Assembly (NCBI GenBank): GCA_015222755.1
Contig: JADFVX010000100.1
Location: 1-52,879 of the forward strand
From: Pseudomonadota bacterium
GTDB taxonomy: Bacteria; Desulfobacterota; JADFVX01
DNA: 52,879 nt
Direction: 5' to 3'
This document shows, piece after piece, positions 26,384-36,681 of this stretch. How positions within the stretch are numbered: position 1 is the stretch's first letter; every line of letters starts with the position of its first letter. The notes under the pieces are model-generated. The model made no database searches. It was given only the letters and a program-made list of their open reading frames with translations, and was not told the DNA's origin. Made by a program: the position numbers and the translations under genes.

Positions 26384-27418
26384 ATGAAGATTGCACTGGA
26401 CGCAATGGGGGGAGACTATGCACCCCAGGTGGAAATAGAAGGTGCCATCCAGGCCGCCACCGAACTCAATATCTCTCTGACCCTTGTAGGGAACAAAGAG
26501 GTTCTTGAATCGGAACTCGAAAAGAGAGGGGCAACACACCTTCCAATTACAGTGCAGAATGCAACAGAAGTTGTTGCAATGCACGAATCTCCTTCTACAG
26601 CAGTCAGAAAAAAGAAAGATTCTTCCATAAGAGTAGCATTCGACCTGGTTAGGCGGGGAGAAGCCGATGCCGCTGTCAGCGCAGGAAACTCCGGTGCGAC
26701 AATGGCCACGGCCATGTTTGCCTTGAAAAGGCTTGCCGGGGTGGATCGTCCCGCAATAGCAACGGTCATGCCCACACTCAAGGGCAACGCAGTGGTACTT
26801 GATGTAGGCGGTAATGTGGAGTGCAAACCCACCCACCTGGCACAGTTCGCCGTCATGGGAGAAGTTTATGCAAAATACGTACTTGGCATAGACAACCCTC
26901 GCGTAGGACTACTCAGCAACGGTTCAGAAGAGGAAAAGGGAACTGAAACCACAAGACGGGCACACGCCATGCTCAAAAACAGTTCCCTTAACTACGCCGG
27001 ATATATAGAAGGAAGAGATATATACGACGGCAGCATCGACGTAGTAGCCTGCGACGGCTTTGTCGGCAATGTTGTCCTGAAGGTAAGCGAGGGACTCGCC
27101 GATGCCATGGGCAAAATGCTTAAAGAGGAGTTAGGGAAAAGTCTTCTTGCAAAGGCAGGATTTCTCCTTGCCAAGAAGAGCTTTAAGCAAATAAAAAAAC
27201 GGATGGACTACGCCGAATACGGTGGGGCACCTCTGCTGGGCATAAACGGTGTGGGATTTATATGCCATGGCGGTTCAAATGCCAAGGCCATTAAAAATGC
27301 TATACGCTATGCAGCGGAATATGTTCAAGCCAATACAAACAAACATCTTCTAGAGGAGTTAGAAAAAAACGGCAGCTTTAAAGATTTTACCGCCAGAGCA
27401 GCAACAAAGACAGTTTAA
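26384..27418 (+). CDS. plsX: phosphate acyltransferase PlsX
   Basis: '[10 protein letters not shown]', '[10 protein letters not shown]' and 'GAPLLG.NG....HG.S' are PlsX signatures, and the synteny fits. Confidence 0.95.
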   Translation: MKIALDAMGGDYAPQVEIEGAIQAATELNISLTLVGNKEVLESELEKRGATHLPITVQNATEVVAMHESPSTAVRKKKDSSIRVAFDLVRRGEADAAVSAGNSGATMATAMFALKRLAGVDRPAIATVMPTLKGNAVVLDVGGNVECKPTHLAQFAVMGEVYAKYVLGIDNPRVGLLSNGSEEEKGTETTRRAHAMLKNSSLNYAGYIEGRDIYDGSIDVVACDGFVGNVVLKVSEGLADAMGKMLKEELGKSLLAKAGFLLAKKSFKQIKKRMDYAEYGGAPLLGINGVGFICHGGSNAKAIKNAIRYAAEYVQANTNKHLLEELEKNGSFKDFTARAATKTV

Positions 27419-27450
27419 ATAAGTAAGACTGCGCCGTTTTAAATTTTTCA

Positions 27451-28431
27451 ATGACAAGAGGAAGAATAGTCGGAACAGGTTCCTACCTGCCGGAAAAAAT
27501 ACTTACTAACGCCGATCTTGTCCAGATGGTAGATACCGACGAAGAGTGGATCCTTACCAGGACCGGCATCAGGGAAAGACGGATAGCATCGAAGGAGCAA
27601 GCGACTTCCGACCTCGCCCTTAATGCCGCAAAAAAGGCCCTCGAAGCAGCATCCATAGGTGCTGAAGAAATCGACCTTATTATAGTAGCTACAACAACGC
27701 CGGACCTGCCCTTCCCATCTACAGCAGCACTGCTTCAACACAAAATCGGCGCTAAAAAAGCCGCCGCCTTCGACCTTCAGGCTGTTTGTACAGGTTTCAT
27801 ATATGCCCTGTCTACTGCAGATCAATACATTCGCAGCGGCATGTACAAAAAAATCCTTATTGTTGGAGCAGAGGTCCTGTCTCGTTTAGTAGATTGGAAA
27901 GACAGGGGAACTTGCATCATCTTTGGTGATGGCGCAGGCGCTGTTGTTATGGTTGCAAGCAAAGGGCATAATGGGGTATTATCCTCCCACCTTCACGCAG
28001 ACGGGAGTCAGTCGGAACTTCTCTATGTTCCCGGCGGTGGCTCAAGATTGCCCATAAACCAGGAACTGGTTGACAGCCGACAACATTATATAAAAATGAA
28101 GGGGAATGAAGTATTCAAGGTTGCCGTAACGGCGCTGGGAGATTCCGTCACCGAGGCCTTGGACGCAAACAACTTAAAAAGTGAGGACATAGACCTTCTC
28201 ATACCTCACCAGGCAAACATAAGAATAATAAATGCTACCGCAAAACGGCTGGGACTCCCCCTAGACAAGGTAGTTATAACTGTAGACAAACACGGAAACA
28301 CTTCGGCAGCCTCTATCCCGTTGGCACTGGATACTGCCGTTAGAGAAGGAAGGGTCAATGAAGGGGACATCATACTTCTAGATGCCTTTGGCGGAGGCTT
28401 TACTTGGGGTTCAGTATTAATAAAATGGTAA
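27451..28431 (+). CDS. fabH: 3-oxoacyl-ACP synthase III
   Basis: 326 aa with active-site Cys in '[10 protein letters not shown]', plus 'PHQAN.RI' and 'GGGFTWGS'. Confidence 0.95.
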   Translation: MTRGRIVGTGSYLPEKILTNADLVQMVDTDEEWILTRTGIRERRIASKEQATSDLALNAAKKALEAASIGAEEIDLIIVATTTPDLPFPSTAALLQHKIGAKKAAAFDLQAVCTGFIYALSTADQYIRSGMYKKILIVGAEVLSRLVDWKDRGTCIIFGDGAGAVVMVASKGHNGVLSSHLHADGSQSELLYVPGGGSRLPINQELVDSRQHYIKMKGNEVFKVAVTALGDSVTEALDANNLKSEDIDLLIPHQANIRIINATAKRLGLPLDKVVITVDKHGNTSAASIPLALDTAVREGRVNEGDIILLDAFGGGFTWGSVLIKW

Positions 28432-28457
28432 TTTTGTTGAAATTTTAGGAGGCGTCA

Positions 28458-29264
28458 ATGGGTATAATGAAAGGCAAAAAGGGGCTCGTTGTAGGGGTTG
28501 CCAACGAGAGGAGTATCGCATGGGGAATAGCTCAAGCCCTGCATCGTGAAGGTGCAGAACTCGCCTTTACCTATCTCAATGATTCTCTCAAAAAAAGGGT
28601 CAAACCACTGGCAGAAGGGATAGGGTCTAAGCTTGTACTCCCCTGCGATGTAGGCAGCGACGATGACATAAAGGAAGTATACAAGGAGCTGGAAAAAGAG
28701 TGGGGAGGCCTTGACTTTCTCGTTCATTCAGTTGCATTTGCCAACAAAGATGAACTGAAGGGAGCCTTCTACAATACGAGCCGCGATGGCTTTGCACTGG
28801 CACTCGACATAAGTGCCTACTCTCTCGTTGCAATGACACGTGAGGCGCTGCCATTGATGGAAGGGCGGAATGCCTCCATAATCACCCTGACATATTATGG
28901 TGCCGAAAAAGTGATCCCCAACTATAATGTTATGGGTGTGGGCAAGGCGGCACTGGAGACATCGGTACGCTACCTGGCCGCCGACCTTGGTTCACTGGGT
29001 CACCGCATTAACGCAATCTCTGCCGGCCCTGTAAGAACACTTGCTGCGGCAGGAATTGGGGATTTCAGGAAGATACAGAGGGTTAACGAACTAAGAACGC
29101 CGATGCAAAGGCTTGTCACCCTGGAAGAGATAGGCAACACGGCCCTCTACCTCTGCTCAGACCACTCTACAGGAATGACAGGCGAGGTAATGCACGTAGA
29201 CTGTGGATTCCACGCTATGGCCCTGTCAGTCCAGGAAGCTCAACAACTTAGCAGCAAGGACTGA
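28458..29264 (+). CDS. fabI: enoyl-ACP reductase (NADH), FabI
   Basis: 'GKKGLVVGVANERSIAWGIA', 'HSVAFA', 'Y..NVMGVAKAALE' (here 'GVGKAALE') and 'SAGPVRTLAA' match FabI. Confidence 0.92.
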   Translation: MGIMKGKKGLVVGVANERSIAWGIAQALHREGAELAFTYLNDSLKKRVKPLAEGIGSKLVLPCDVGSDDDIKEVYKELEKEWGGLDFLVHSVAFANKDELKGAFYNTSRDGFALALDISAYSLVAMTREALPLMEGRNASIITLTYYGAEKVIPNYNVMGVGKAALETSVRYLAADLGSLGHRINAISAGPVRTLAAAGIGDFRKIQRVNELRTPMQRLVTLEEIGNTALYLCSDHSTGMTGEVMHVDCGFHAMALSVQEAQQLSSKD

Positions 29265-29271
29265 AGGTCAG

Positions 29272-30207
29272 ATGTCAAAAACGGCACTAATCTTTCCCGG
29301 ACAGGGCTCCCAATATGTAGGGATGGCAAAAGATCTGCTTGAAAACTTCAGCTACGTCAGTGCGGTTTTTGAAGAAGCCTCCGACAGCATAGGCATTGAC
29401 CTGAAAAGGCTTTCCACCTGCGGCCCCGATACTGAACTTAACAAGACAGCAAACACCCAGCCGGCTATACTAACTGCCAGTATTGCAGCAATTAAGGTGC
29501 TGGATGAGGAGACAGGAATAAAGGGCGACATCCTTGCCGGTCATAGCCTTGGCGAATATACAGCACTGGTGCATAGTGGTGTAATACCTTTCACAAAAGC
29601 GGTACAAATTGTGAGAAAAAGAGGTGAATTCATGCAGGATGCCGTGCCCGAGGGACATGGTGCAATGGCAGCCATACTTGGCATGGAAAGTGACGCTGTG
29701 GCCGAACTTTGTTCGGATGCCGCGGAAGGCGAGATCCTTTCTGCCGCAAACTTCAACTCTCCCGGACAGATAGTTATAGCGGGACAGCGTAGTGCCGTTG
29801 AACGGGCAGCAGAACTTGCAAAAGAGAGAGGCGCAAAAAGGGCCATCCTCCTGCCCGTCAGCGTCCCTTCACACTGCAAGCTGATGGAATCCGCCGCCAA
29901 GTCACTCCGAACAGAGATTGAGGCCCTAAATATGGGTGATTTTAAAATACCTGTAATCTCAAATGTTGAGGCCTCTGCCTACCCTTCTACCGATGCGGTG
30001 GCAGATCTACTTGTAAGACAACTAAGTTCCCCCGTAAAATGGGATGACTCAGTGAGGCAGCTAAAAAAGGAAGGTGTATCTCTGGCAATAGAAGTAGGGC
30101 CCGGCAAGGTGCTTTCTGGCCTCGTAAAGCGGATAGACCGTGATATAAAAATATTGAATATTGAGGATGCCGCCTCCCTGAAAAAAATCGAGGCGGAGAA
30201 TTTATAA
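29272..30207 (+). CDS. fabD: malonyl-CoA:ACP transacylase
   Basis: Start moved to ATG 29272, giving 'MSKTALIFPGQGSQYVGM'. It has the active site 'GHSLGEY'. Confidence 0.95.
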   Translation: MSKTALIFPGQGSQYVGMAKDLLENFSYVSAVFEEASDSIGIDLKRLSTCGPDTELNKTANTQPAILTASIAAIKVLDEETGIKGDILAGHSLGEYTALVHSGVIPFTKAVQIVRKRGEFMQDAVPEGHGAMAAILGMESDAVAELCSDAAEGEILSAANFNSPGQIVIAGQRSAVERAAELAKERGAKRAILLPVSVPSHCKLMESAAKSLRTEIEALNMGDFKIPVISNVEASAYPSTDAVADLLVRQLSSPVKWDDSVRQLKKEGVSLAIEVGPGKVLSGLVKRIDRDIKILNIEDAASLKKIEAENL

Positions 30208-30217
30208 GGGGGCATAT

Positions 30218-30958
30218 ATGCGTTTAAAAGGAAAAAAGGCTCTTATAACCGGGGCAGCACAGGGAATAGGTAAGGCTATAGCCCTTATGATGGCAAAAGA
30301 AGGTGCTGATATTGCCATATCAGATATAAATCTTGAGCTTGCTACACAGACGGCTGATGAGTTAAAATCAATTGGTGTTCAGACCCTTGCAATAGAGGGA
30401 AACGTCGCTGACATGGAGAGTGCTGAGGCCATGGTATCAAAGACTGTTGAGGGACTGGGCGGCATTGATATACTCGTTAATAATGCCGGCATCACTCGTG
30501 ACACCCTGATTCTCAGGATGAAAGAGGAAGACTGGGACGCGGTTATAAACGTAAACCTGAAGGGGACCTTTAACTGCACTAAGGCGGCTGTTAAGAAGAT
30601 GTCCAAGCAGCGCTCCGGCAAGATAGTTAATATCGCTTCCATTGTCGGTCTGATGGGCAACGCGGGACAGGCCAACTACTCGGCATCCAAGGCAGGCGTA
30701 ATAGGTCTTACAAAGACAGCAGCCAGGGAATTTGCTGCAAGGGGGCTCAATATCAATGCCGTTGCTCCGGGGTTTATTGCAACGGCCATGACAGACGCAA
30801 TACCTGAAAAGGCAAAAAACGAGCTGACCGCCCAGATACCGATGGGCAAGCTTGGGTCTTCTGAAGATGTGGCAGAGGCAGTGCTTTTCCTGTCCAGCCC
30901 AGCATCGGACTATATAACAGGACAGGTACTAAGCGTCAACGGCGGTATGTATATGTAA
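30218..30958 (+). CDS. fabG: 3-oxoacyl-ACP reductase
   Basis: An SDR with 'TGAAQGIG', 'NNAGIT', 'YSASKAG' and 'LNINAVAPGFI'. Confidence 0.95.
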   Translation: MRLKGKKALITGAAQGIGKAIALMMAKEGADIAISDINLELATQTADELKSIGVQTLAIEGNVADMESAEAMVSKTVEGLGGIDILVNNAGITRDTLILRMKEEDWDAVINVNLKGTFNCTKAAVKKMSKQRSGKIVNIASIVGLMGNAGQANYSASKAGVIGLTKTAAREFAARGLNINAVAPGFIATAMTDAIPEKAKNELTAQIPMGKLGSSEDVAEAVLFLSSPASDYITGQVLSVNGGMYM

Positions 30959-31015
30959 TGAAGGGACTTGTCCCTGACTTATTAAAAAGATAATAAAAAA
31001 ACCAGGAGGTAGGAA

Positions 31016-31246
31016 ATGTCAATTGAAGATAAGGTAAAGGAAATAATTGTAGAACAACTCGGAGCAAATGCTGAAGATGTAGTACCTACAGCATCTTTCA
31101 TAGATGATCTAGGGGCAGACTCTCTCGACACTGTCGAGCTTGTAATGGCTCTCGAAGAGGAATTTGGAGTAGAGATCCCTGATGAAGACGCAGAGGGCAT
31201 CAAGACAGTACAGAACGCAATTGATTACGTCAACAAAAACAAATAG
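31016..31246 (+). CDS. acpP: acyl carrier protein
   Basis: 76 aa, with the '[19 protein letters not shown]' phosphopantetheine attachment site. Confidence 0.97.
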   Translation: MSIEDKVKEIIVEQLGANAEDVVPTASFIDDLGADSLDTVELVMALEEEFGVEIPDEDAEGIKTVQNAIDYVNKNK

Positions 31247-31280
31247 TATCAACATTTTTCCGACAGGGAGCTTACGCTAG

Positions 31281-32513
31281 ATGAGAAGAGTGGTAGTAAC
31301 CGGCCTGGGTGCAGTTACGCCCGTCGGCATAGGGGCGGAGGAAAGCTGGAAATCTATAATTGCTGGCAAGTCGGGCATAGGGACAGTCACCCGCTTTGAC
31401 GCAACAGACTTCCCCTCAAGGGTAGTGGGCGAAGTCAAAGGATTCGAGCCTGCAGACTATATGGAGAAGAAGGAAGTCAAGAAAATGGACACCTTCATCC
31501 ACTACGCCATAGCTGCCGGCAAGATGGCTATGGAAGATTCCGGCCTGAAGATCACAGAAGAAAATGCCGAGCGCGTAGGCGTAATGGTCGGTGCAGGAAT
31601 GGGCGGACTTCCAGCCATAGAGAGGTACTATGATGCCTACCTGAAAGGTGGCCCCCGTAAGATTTCTCCATTCTTCATCCCTATGACCATTATAAACCTT
31701 GCCTCTGGCCATATATCTATAATGACTGGAGCCAAAGGGCCAAACTCCAGCATCGTCACTGCATGCGCATCGGGAACTCATGCCATTGGAGAGGCCTATC
31801 GACTGATCCAGAGGGGAGATGCCGATGCGATGATAGCCGGGGGAACAGAATCAACAATCTGCGCACTCGCCTTCGGAGGCTTTGGATCGGCAAAGGCGCT
31901 ATCCACACGGAATGATGATCCCGAGAAAGCCAGCCGTCCATTTGACGTGGGACGTGACGGTTTTGTCATCGGTGAAGGTTCCGGAATTGTAGTGCTTGAA
32001 GACCTTGAAACTGCAAAGGCAAGAGGGGCCCGTATCTACGGTGAAGTTATCGGCTACGGAATGTCTGGTGATGCCTACCACATGACCTCACCTTCCGAGG
32101 GAGGAGAAGGGGCAGCCAGATGTATGACTGCAGCAATAAAGGATGCGCGAATAAACCCATCAGAGATAGACTATGTCAATGCCCATGGCACATCAACCCC
32201 GGCAGGAGACATTGGAGAGACAATGGCAATCAAAAAAGCACTCGGTGACTGTGCCTACAAGACGCCAGTGAGTTCCACCAAGTCCATGACTGGCCATCTT
32301 CTCGGTGCTGCAGGTGCTATTGAGGCGCTTTTCTCTCTCCTTGCCATCGACCGTTCCGTTCTACCGCCAACAATCAACCTGGAAAACCCCGATCCGCAGT
32401 GCGATCTTGATTACGTACCGAACGAGGCAAGAGATGCCGAGCTCAAAATTGCCATGTCCAACTCATTTGGCTTTGGCGGAACAAACGCCACACTCATCTT
32501 CCGTAAGGTTTAG
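31281..32513 (+). CDS. fabF: 3-oxoacyl-ACP synthase II
   Basis: 410 aa. It has 'VTACASG', '[10 protein letters not shown]' and 'SFGFGGTNA'. Confidence 0.95.
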   Translation: MRRVVVTGLGAVTPVGIGAEESWKSIIAGKSGIGTVTRFDATDFPSRVVGEVKGFEPADYMEKKEVKKMDTFIHYAIAAGKMAMEDSGLKITEENAERVGVMVGAGMGGLPAIERYYDAYLKGGPRKISPFFIPMTIINLASGHISIMTGAKGPNSSIVTACASGTHAIGEAYRLIQRGDADAMIAGGTESTICALAFGGFGSAKALSTRNDDPEKASRPFDVGRDGFVIGEGSGIVVLEDLETAKARGARIYGEVIGYGMSGDAYHMTSPSEGGEGAARCMTAAIKDARINPSEIDYVNAHGTSTPAGDIGETMAIKKALGDCAYKTPVSSTKSMTGHLLGAAGAIEALFSLLAIDRSVLPPTINLENPDPQCDLDYVPNEARDAELKIAMSNSFGFGGTNATLIFRKV

Positions 32514-32519
32514 TCTGAA

Positions 32520-32960
32520 ATGATTGCGATTGCAAGCGACCACGGTGGACTTGAAACAAAGGAAGAGATAAAGGCCTTTCTACAGTCTGCCGGCCACAGC
32601 CTAGCAGATCTTGGCACCAACAACAGTGACTCCGTAGATTACCCCGATTTTGGCATAGATCTTTCAAGGAGGGTCGCATCGGGTGAGTTTGAAAAGGGCA
32701 TACTGGTATGCGGCACAGGTATAGGCATGTCAATCGTAGCCAACAAGGTGCCTGGCATAAGGGCAGCACTTGTGGGAGACATCTTTTCTGCTCGCATGAG
32801 CAAGGAACACAACAATGCCAACGTCCTCGTCATCGGTGGAAGGGTCACAGGCAAAGGGCTGGCAATAGAGCTCGTTAGAACCTGGCTTGAGGCAAAATTC
32901 GAAGGTGGACGACATCAAAAACGACTTGATAAGATCACAGATTTGGAGAATAAGGACTAA
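32520..32960 (+). CDS. rpiB: ribose-5-phosphate isomerase B
   Basis: 146 aa. 'IAIASDHGG', 'GILVCGTGIGMSI.ANK' and 'HNNANVL..G.R' fit the RpiB/LacAB family. Confidence 0.92.
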   Translation: MIAIASDHGGLETKEEIKAFLQSAGHSLADLGTNNSDSVDYPDFGIDLSRRVASGEFEKGILVCGTGIGMSIVANKVPGIRAALVGDIFSARMSKEHNNANVLVIGGRVTGKGLAIELVRTWLEAKFEGGRHQKRLDKITDLENKD

Positions 32961-33066
32961 TAACTCCACCTTCTTGCAATTTTTCAGCAAACCCCTTTCC
33001 CCCTGCTTTTAAATCCAAAAAAATCAACCTGAAACACCCGCTAAAGGACCGGCCAAAACCGCTTTT

Positions 33067-33083
33067 CCCTTGACCGTCAAGGG
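33067..33083. promoter_or_regulatory. perfect 17-bp palindrome overlapping a promoter-like -35, upstream of oadG
   Basis: The sequence is CCCTTGAC-C-GTCAAGGG. The embedded TTGACC is followed about 15 nt later by TATATA. It lies about 50 nt upstream of the oadG ATG. Confidence 0.35.
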
Positions 33084-33134
33084 CAAATCATATATAGTTT
33101 TTGGTGTTTTTTCTAAAACTTTTTCGGGTAAAAA

Positions 33135-33410
33135 ATGGGCACACTGAACTTCAGCATTCAAAATATAATCAACGGTGACGGCATAAGCCTGGCCATAACC
33201 GGCATGGTCATAGTATTTATGGCGCTTTCGATCATAAGTACATTCATAGCCCTGCTGCCAAAGATATTGCCCATTCTTGAGTCCATACTGCCTGAAGAAC
33301 ATGTCCATCATGGCCCCACAAAAAAAGCGAAAAAAAATGACAGCGAAGTTCTGGCTGCAATCGGCTACGCTCTCGTCAAGCTCAACTCGGAAAAACGACA
33401 AAACGGCTAG
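33135..33410 (+). CDS. oadG: Na+-translocating decarboxylase gamma subunit (OadG-like)
   Basis: 91 aa with a single N-terminal TM segment, 'GISLAITGMVIVFMALSIISTFIALL', followed by a charged tail. It sits upstream of the beta and alpha subunits. Confidence 0.7.
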   Translation: MGTLNFSIQNIINGDGISLAITGMVIVFMALSIISTFIALLPKILPILESILPEEHVHHGPTKKAKKNDSEVLAAIGYALVKLNSEKRQNG

Positions 33411-33458
33411 CGAGGCTAAGCCCTTCCTCCACGTTTTCAAAATACACAAGGACAGTTA

Positions 33459-34586
33459 ATGCACATATTTAACAATTTTCTATCCAGCACCGCCTTTGCA
33501 AACATGACATTCGGAAATGCCCTCATGATTGCAATAGGCATAATCTTTATAACTCTGGCGATAAGAAAGGACTATGAACCTCTTTTGCTCGTACCTATCG
33601 GCTTTGGTGTAGTAGTTGGCAATATCCCTCCAGTAGAGGGAATGCTCCTTAGCGTTTACGACCAGGGAAGCGTCTTAAGTATAATCTACGGTGGCGTCAG
33701 CCAGGGGCTTTTCCCGCCGCTTATCTTCCTGGGCATCGGGGCGATGACCGACTTTTCAACAATGCTCTCCAACCCCAAACTCGTGCTCCTCGGAGCTGCG
33801 GCACAGATCGGTATCTTTCTGACTCTGCTTGGTGCATTATACCTCGGGTTTGACCCTGCTGAGGCCGGTGCCATCGGCATTATTGGTGGCGCCGACGGCC
33901 CTACAGCGATATTTCTCTCGGCAAAGCTTGCACCACATTTGCTCGGCTCTATAGCCATTGCTGCTTACTCCTATATGGCACTCGTTCCTGTCATTCAGCC
34001 CCCCATCATGAAGCTGTTGACCACGAAGGAGGAAAGACTTATCCGCATGAAGGCACCACGCCATGTCTCACAGCGTGAAAAAATCATATTCCCCATCGCG
34101 GCGTTTCTCATTGCAGCCCTTATCGCACCCGGGGCAATTGTACTGATAGGCATGCTCTTTTTCGGCAACCTGCTCAAAGAAAGCTGTGTAACGGAGCGCC
34201 TTGCCAATACTGCTCGCAACGCCATGATAGATATCGTCACTATCCTTCTCGGCTTTTCAGTCGGAGCGAGTACGCAGGCGCAGACATTCTTGACCCCTCA
34301 GGCACTTCTCATATTCGGGCTTGGAGCACTTTCCTTCTCTGTTGCAACGGCAGGCGGGGTGATCTTTGCAAAATTCATGAACCTCTTTCTTAAAGACAAG
34401 ATCAATCCCCTTGTTGGAGCGGCCGGCGTATCTGCCGTACCTGACTCTGCAAGGGTAGTCCAGATGGTGGGACAGCAGGAAGACCCGCACAACTTTCTTC
34501 TCATGCACGCCATGGCACCAAATGTTGCCGGCGTTCTAGGCTCAGCCATTGCCGCCGGTGTACTCTGGTCGGTACTGGTAGTATAA
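33459..34586 (+). CDS. oadB: Na+-translocating decarboxylase beta subunit (OadB/GcdB/MmdB family)
   Basis: 375-aa polytopic protein. 'YEPLLLVPIGFGVVVGNIP', 'GIIGGADGPT' and 'GAAGVSAVP.SARV' are family signatures. Confidence 0.9.
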   Translation: MHIFNNFLSSTAFANMTFGNALMIAIGIIFITLAIRKDYEPLLLVPIGFGVVVGNIPPVEGMLLSVYDQGSVLSIIYGGVSQGLFPPLIFLGIGAMTDFSTMLSNPKLVLLGAAAQIGIFLTLLGALYLGFDPAEAGAIGIIGGADGPTAIFLSAKLAPHLLGSIAIAAYSYMALVPVIQPPIMKLLTTKEERLIRMKAPRHVSQREKIIFPIAAFLIAALIAPGAIVLIGMLFFGNLLKESCVTERLANTARNAMIDIVTILLGFSVGASTQAQTFLTPQALLIFGLGALSFSVATAGGVIFAKFMNLFLKDKINPLVGAAGVSAVPDSARVVQMVGQQEDPHNFLLMHAMAPNVAGVLGSAIAAGVLWSVLVV

Positions 34587-34632
34587 ATTTATAAGCCGAA
34601 CAAATTAATATAAAATCAATTAAGGTAGGGAT

Positions 34633-36450
34633 ATGCGAAAAAAAGTAAAGTTTATGTGCACAGCATTCAGGGATGGGCTTCAGTCTGCCTATGGTGCCCG
34701 TGTTTACACAGAAGATTTCATGCCGGCCGTAGAGGCCGCCAGGAACGCCGGAATAAGCTATTTGGAGGCAGGTGGTGGCGCACGCTTCCAGTCCCTTTAC
34801 TTTTACTGTAACGAAGATGCCTTTGAAATGATGGACAGGTTCCGTGAAGTGGCAGGTCCAGATGCAGAGTTGCAGACGCTCGCAAGGGGTGTTAACGTTG
34901 TTGGCCTTGAGTCGCAGACAAGCGAAGTAATCCATATGCATGCTGAGCTATTCAAAAAACACGGCATCTCTACCATCCGAAATTTCGATGCCCTTAACGA
35001 TATAAACAACCTGCTCTACAGCGGAAAGTGCATCGCAGAGGCTGGTCTGAAGCACCAGCTCTGCATCACCATGATGGAGCTTCCTCCGGGCTGCAAAGGC
35101 TCGCACGATACCGATTACTACATCACTACCCTGAAGAACATAATGAAAAGCGACATCCCGTACGACTCCATCTGCTTCAAGGACGCATCAGGAACGGCTG
35201 TACCCTCAAAGGTCTACGACACTATCAAGCAGGCAAGAAAGATCCTGCCGGAAGAGACTTCTATACATTTCCATACGCACCAAACTGCAGGAACGGGTGT
35301 TACCTGTTATATATCCGCCCTTGAGGCAGGTGCCGATACTATAGATCTTTCTCTCGCCCCAACTTCAGGCGGCACATGTCAGCCCGATGTGCTTGTCATG
35401 TGGCATGCCCTGCGCGGCACAGACTATGATCTTGATGTTGACATAGAAAAAGTACGTGAGGCCTCAGAAGTATTCAAAGACTGCATGAAGGACTACTTCC
35501 TTCCGCCCGAGGCACTTGCTGTTGAGCCCCTTATTCCATGGAGCCCCATGCCTGGCGGTGCCCTTACTGCAAACACCCAGATGCTGAGAGACAACGGCAT
35601 AATGGATAAGTACCCTGATATTATCAAGGCCATGAGCGAAGTTGTAAAGCGTGGAGGATTCGGGGCTTCAGTAACGCCTGTATCTCAGTTTTACTTCCAG
35701 CAGGCCTTCAACAATGTAATGTTTGGTGAATGGGAGAAAATCGCCGAACCTTATGGAAAGATGGTCCTTGGCTACTTTGGAAAGACCCCCGTAGAGCCTG
35801 ACCCTAAGATTGTAAGGATAGCCTCGGAGCAGCTCAAACTTAAACCGACTACAAGGCCCGCAATAGAAATAAACGATGAAGACCCGGCTAAGAGCATGGA
35901 TCTCGTAACAGACAAGCTGCGTGAGGCGGGGCTGGAGGAAACGAAGGAAAACCTGTTCATCGTTGCCACCTGCGGCGACAAGGGGCTGAAGTTCCTGAAG
36001 GGCGATGGAGAGATAGGCGTCCGTAAGGTAGACAAGGAAAAAGGCCATGCCCTTGGGGAAACGGCTGACCACGGCGACTTTATCGTCACCGTTGACGGCA
36101 CAGACTACCTCATGTCCTTTGAAGGTAATAAGGTTACTGTAAACGGCAAGGTCTTTGAGGCAGACATTCGACGTGACGAACACGCCCACCACCCAAAAAA
36201 GGCTGGAGAAGAAGGGGCTGAGACTGCTTCAGAAGAAGGAACGCCTGTTACTGCACAGATGCCGGGTGTTGTAATGAAAATCGTTGCAAAAGAAGGGGAT
36301 CAGGTCAGCGAAGGCGATACTATTCTTGTCATTGAAGCGATGAAGATGGAAGTACAGATAGCAGCGCCTGTAGGTGGAAAGTTAAGCAACATAGAGGTCT
36401 TTGAAGGGGAGCACCTTGCAACAGGTCAGACTCTGGCAACTATAAGCTAG
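34633..36450 (+). CDS. oadA: decarboxylase alpha subunit: carboxyltransferase (5S/PYC_OADA) + biotinyl domain
   Basis: 'FRDGLQS', 'FKDASG' and 'HFHTHQTAG' are the metal/carbamyl-Lys motifs of the 5S carboxyltransferase fold. A C-terminal 'EAMKME' biotin attachment site is present. The substrate (oxaloacetate is likely) is not proven. Confidence 0.85.
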   Translation: MRKKVKFMCTAFRDGLQSAYGARVYTEDFMPAVEAARNAGISYLEAGGGARFQSLYFYCNEDAFEMMDRFREVAGPDAELQTLARGVNVVGLESQTSEVIHMHAELFKKHGISTIRNFDALNDINNLLYSGKCIAEAGLKHQLCITMMELPPGCKGSHDTDYYITTLKNIMKSDIPYDSICFKDASGTAVPSKVYDTIKQARKILPEETSIHFHTHQTAGTGVTCYISALEAGADTIDLSLAPTSGGTCQPDVLVMWHALRGTDYDLDVDIEKVREASEVFKDCMKDYFLPPEALAVEPLIPWSPMPGGALTANTQMLRDNGIMDKYPDIIKAMSEVVKRGGFGASVTPVSQFYFQQAFNNVMFGEWEKIAEPYGKMVLGYFGKTPVEPDPKIVRIASEQLKLKPTTRPAIEINDEDPAKSMDLVTDKLREAGLEETKENLFIVATCGDKGLKFLKGDGEIGVRKVDKEKGHALGETADHGDFIVTVDGTDYLMSFEGNKVTVNGKVFEADIRRDEHAHHPKKAGEEGAETASEEGTPVTAQMPGVVMKIVAKEGDQVSEGDTILVIEAMKMEVQIAAPVGGKLSNIEVFEGEHLATGQTLATIS

Positions 36451-36581
36451 CCGCAGGAAAAATGCTTAAGTAGTATCCGACCGTTTTATCCCGGTAAATG
36501 TTTAGAAGTTCTTCATGGGGGCCGCTAAACTCGATTCCTATGCCACACTTAACACAGCGCGCCAAAGACAAAGGAACTTTA

Positions 36582-36610
36582 TTGACGATTTCAAACTCAC
36601 TCCCTACAAT
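36582..36610 (+). promoter_or_regulatory. sigma70-type promoter candidate for the BAX-inhibitor-1 family gene
   Basis: TTGACG (36582-36587), a 17-nt spacer, then TACAAT (36605-36610). Confidence 0.45.
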
Positions 36611-36681
36611 ATAATTCCAGGGAACAAAATTACAGAATCTATATCTAAGGTAAAACAACGAAGCAAATAAGGAGCTTTAAA

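Noticed and set aside
26255-26836. 193-aa Cys-rich minus-strand ORF over rpmF/plsX
   Set aside because: It overlaps the canonical L32 and PlsX reading frames on the opposite strand. The Cys richness is a by-product of antisense GCA/ACA codons.
33024-33449. 141-aa minus-strand ORF competing with oadG
   Set aside because: The plus-strand 91-aa product has the single-TM OadG architecture and sits in the expected operon position. The minus ORF would also run through the promoter/palindrome region.
34513-34528. Sigma54-like element TGGCAC-N6-TTGC near the end of oadB, upstream of oadA
   Set aside because: The spacing is one base longer than the strict TGGCAC-N5-TTGC geometry, and the element lies inside coding sequence.
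36440-36658. 72-aa minus-strand ORF in the oadA/BI-1 intergenic region
   Set aside because: It has no RBS. It overlaps a near-consensus plus-strand promoter (TTGACG-17-TACAAT) and the oadA stop, so it is probably non-coding.
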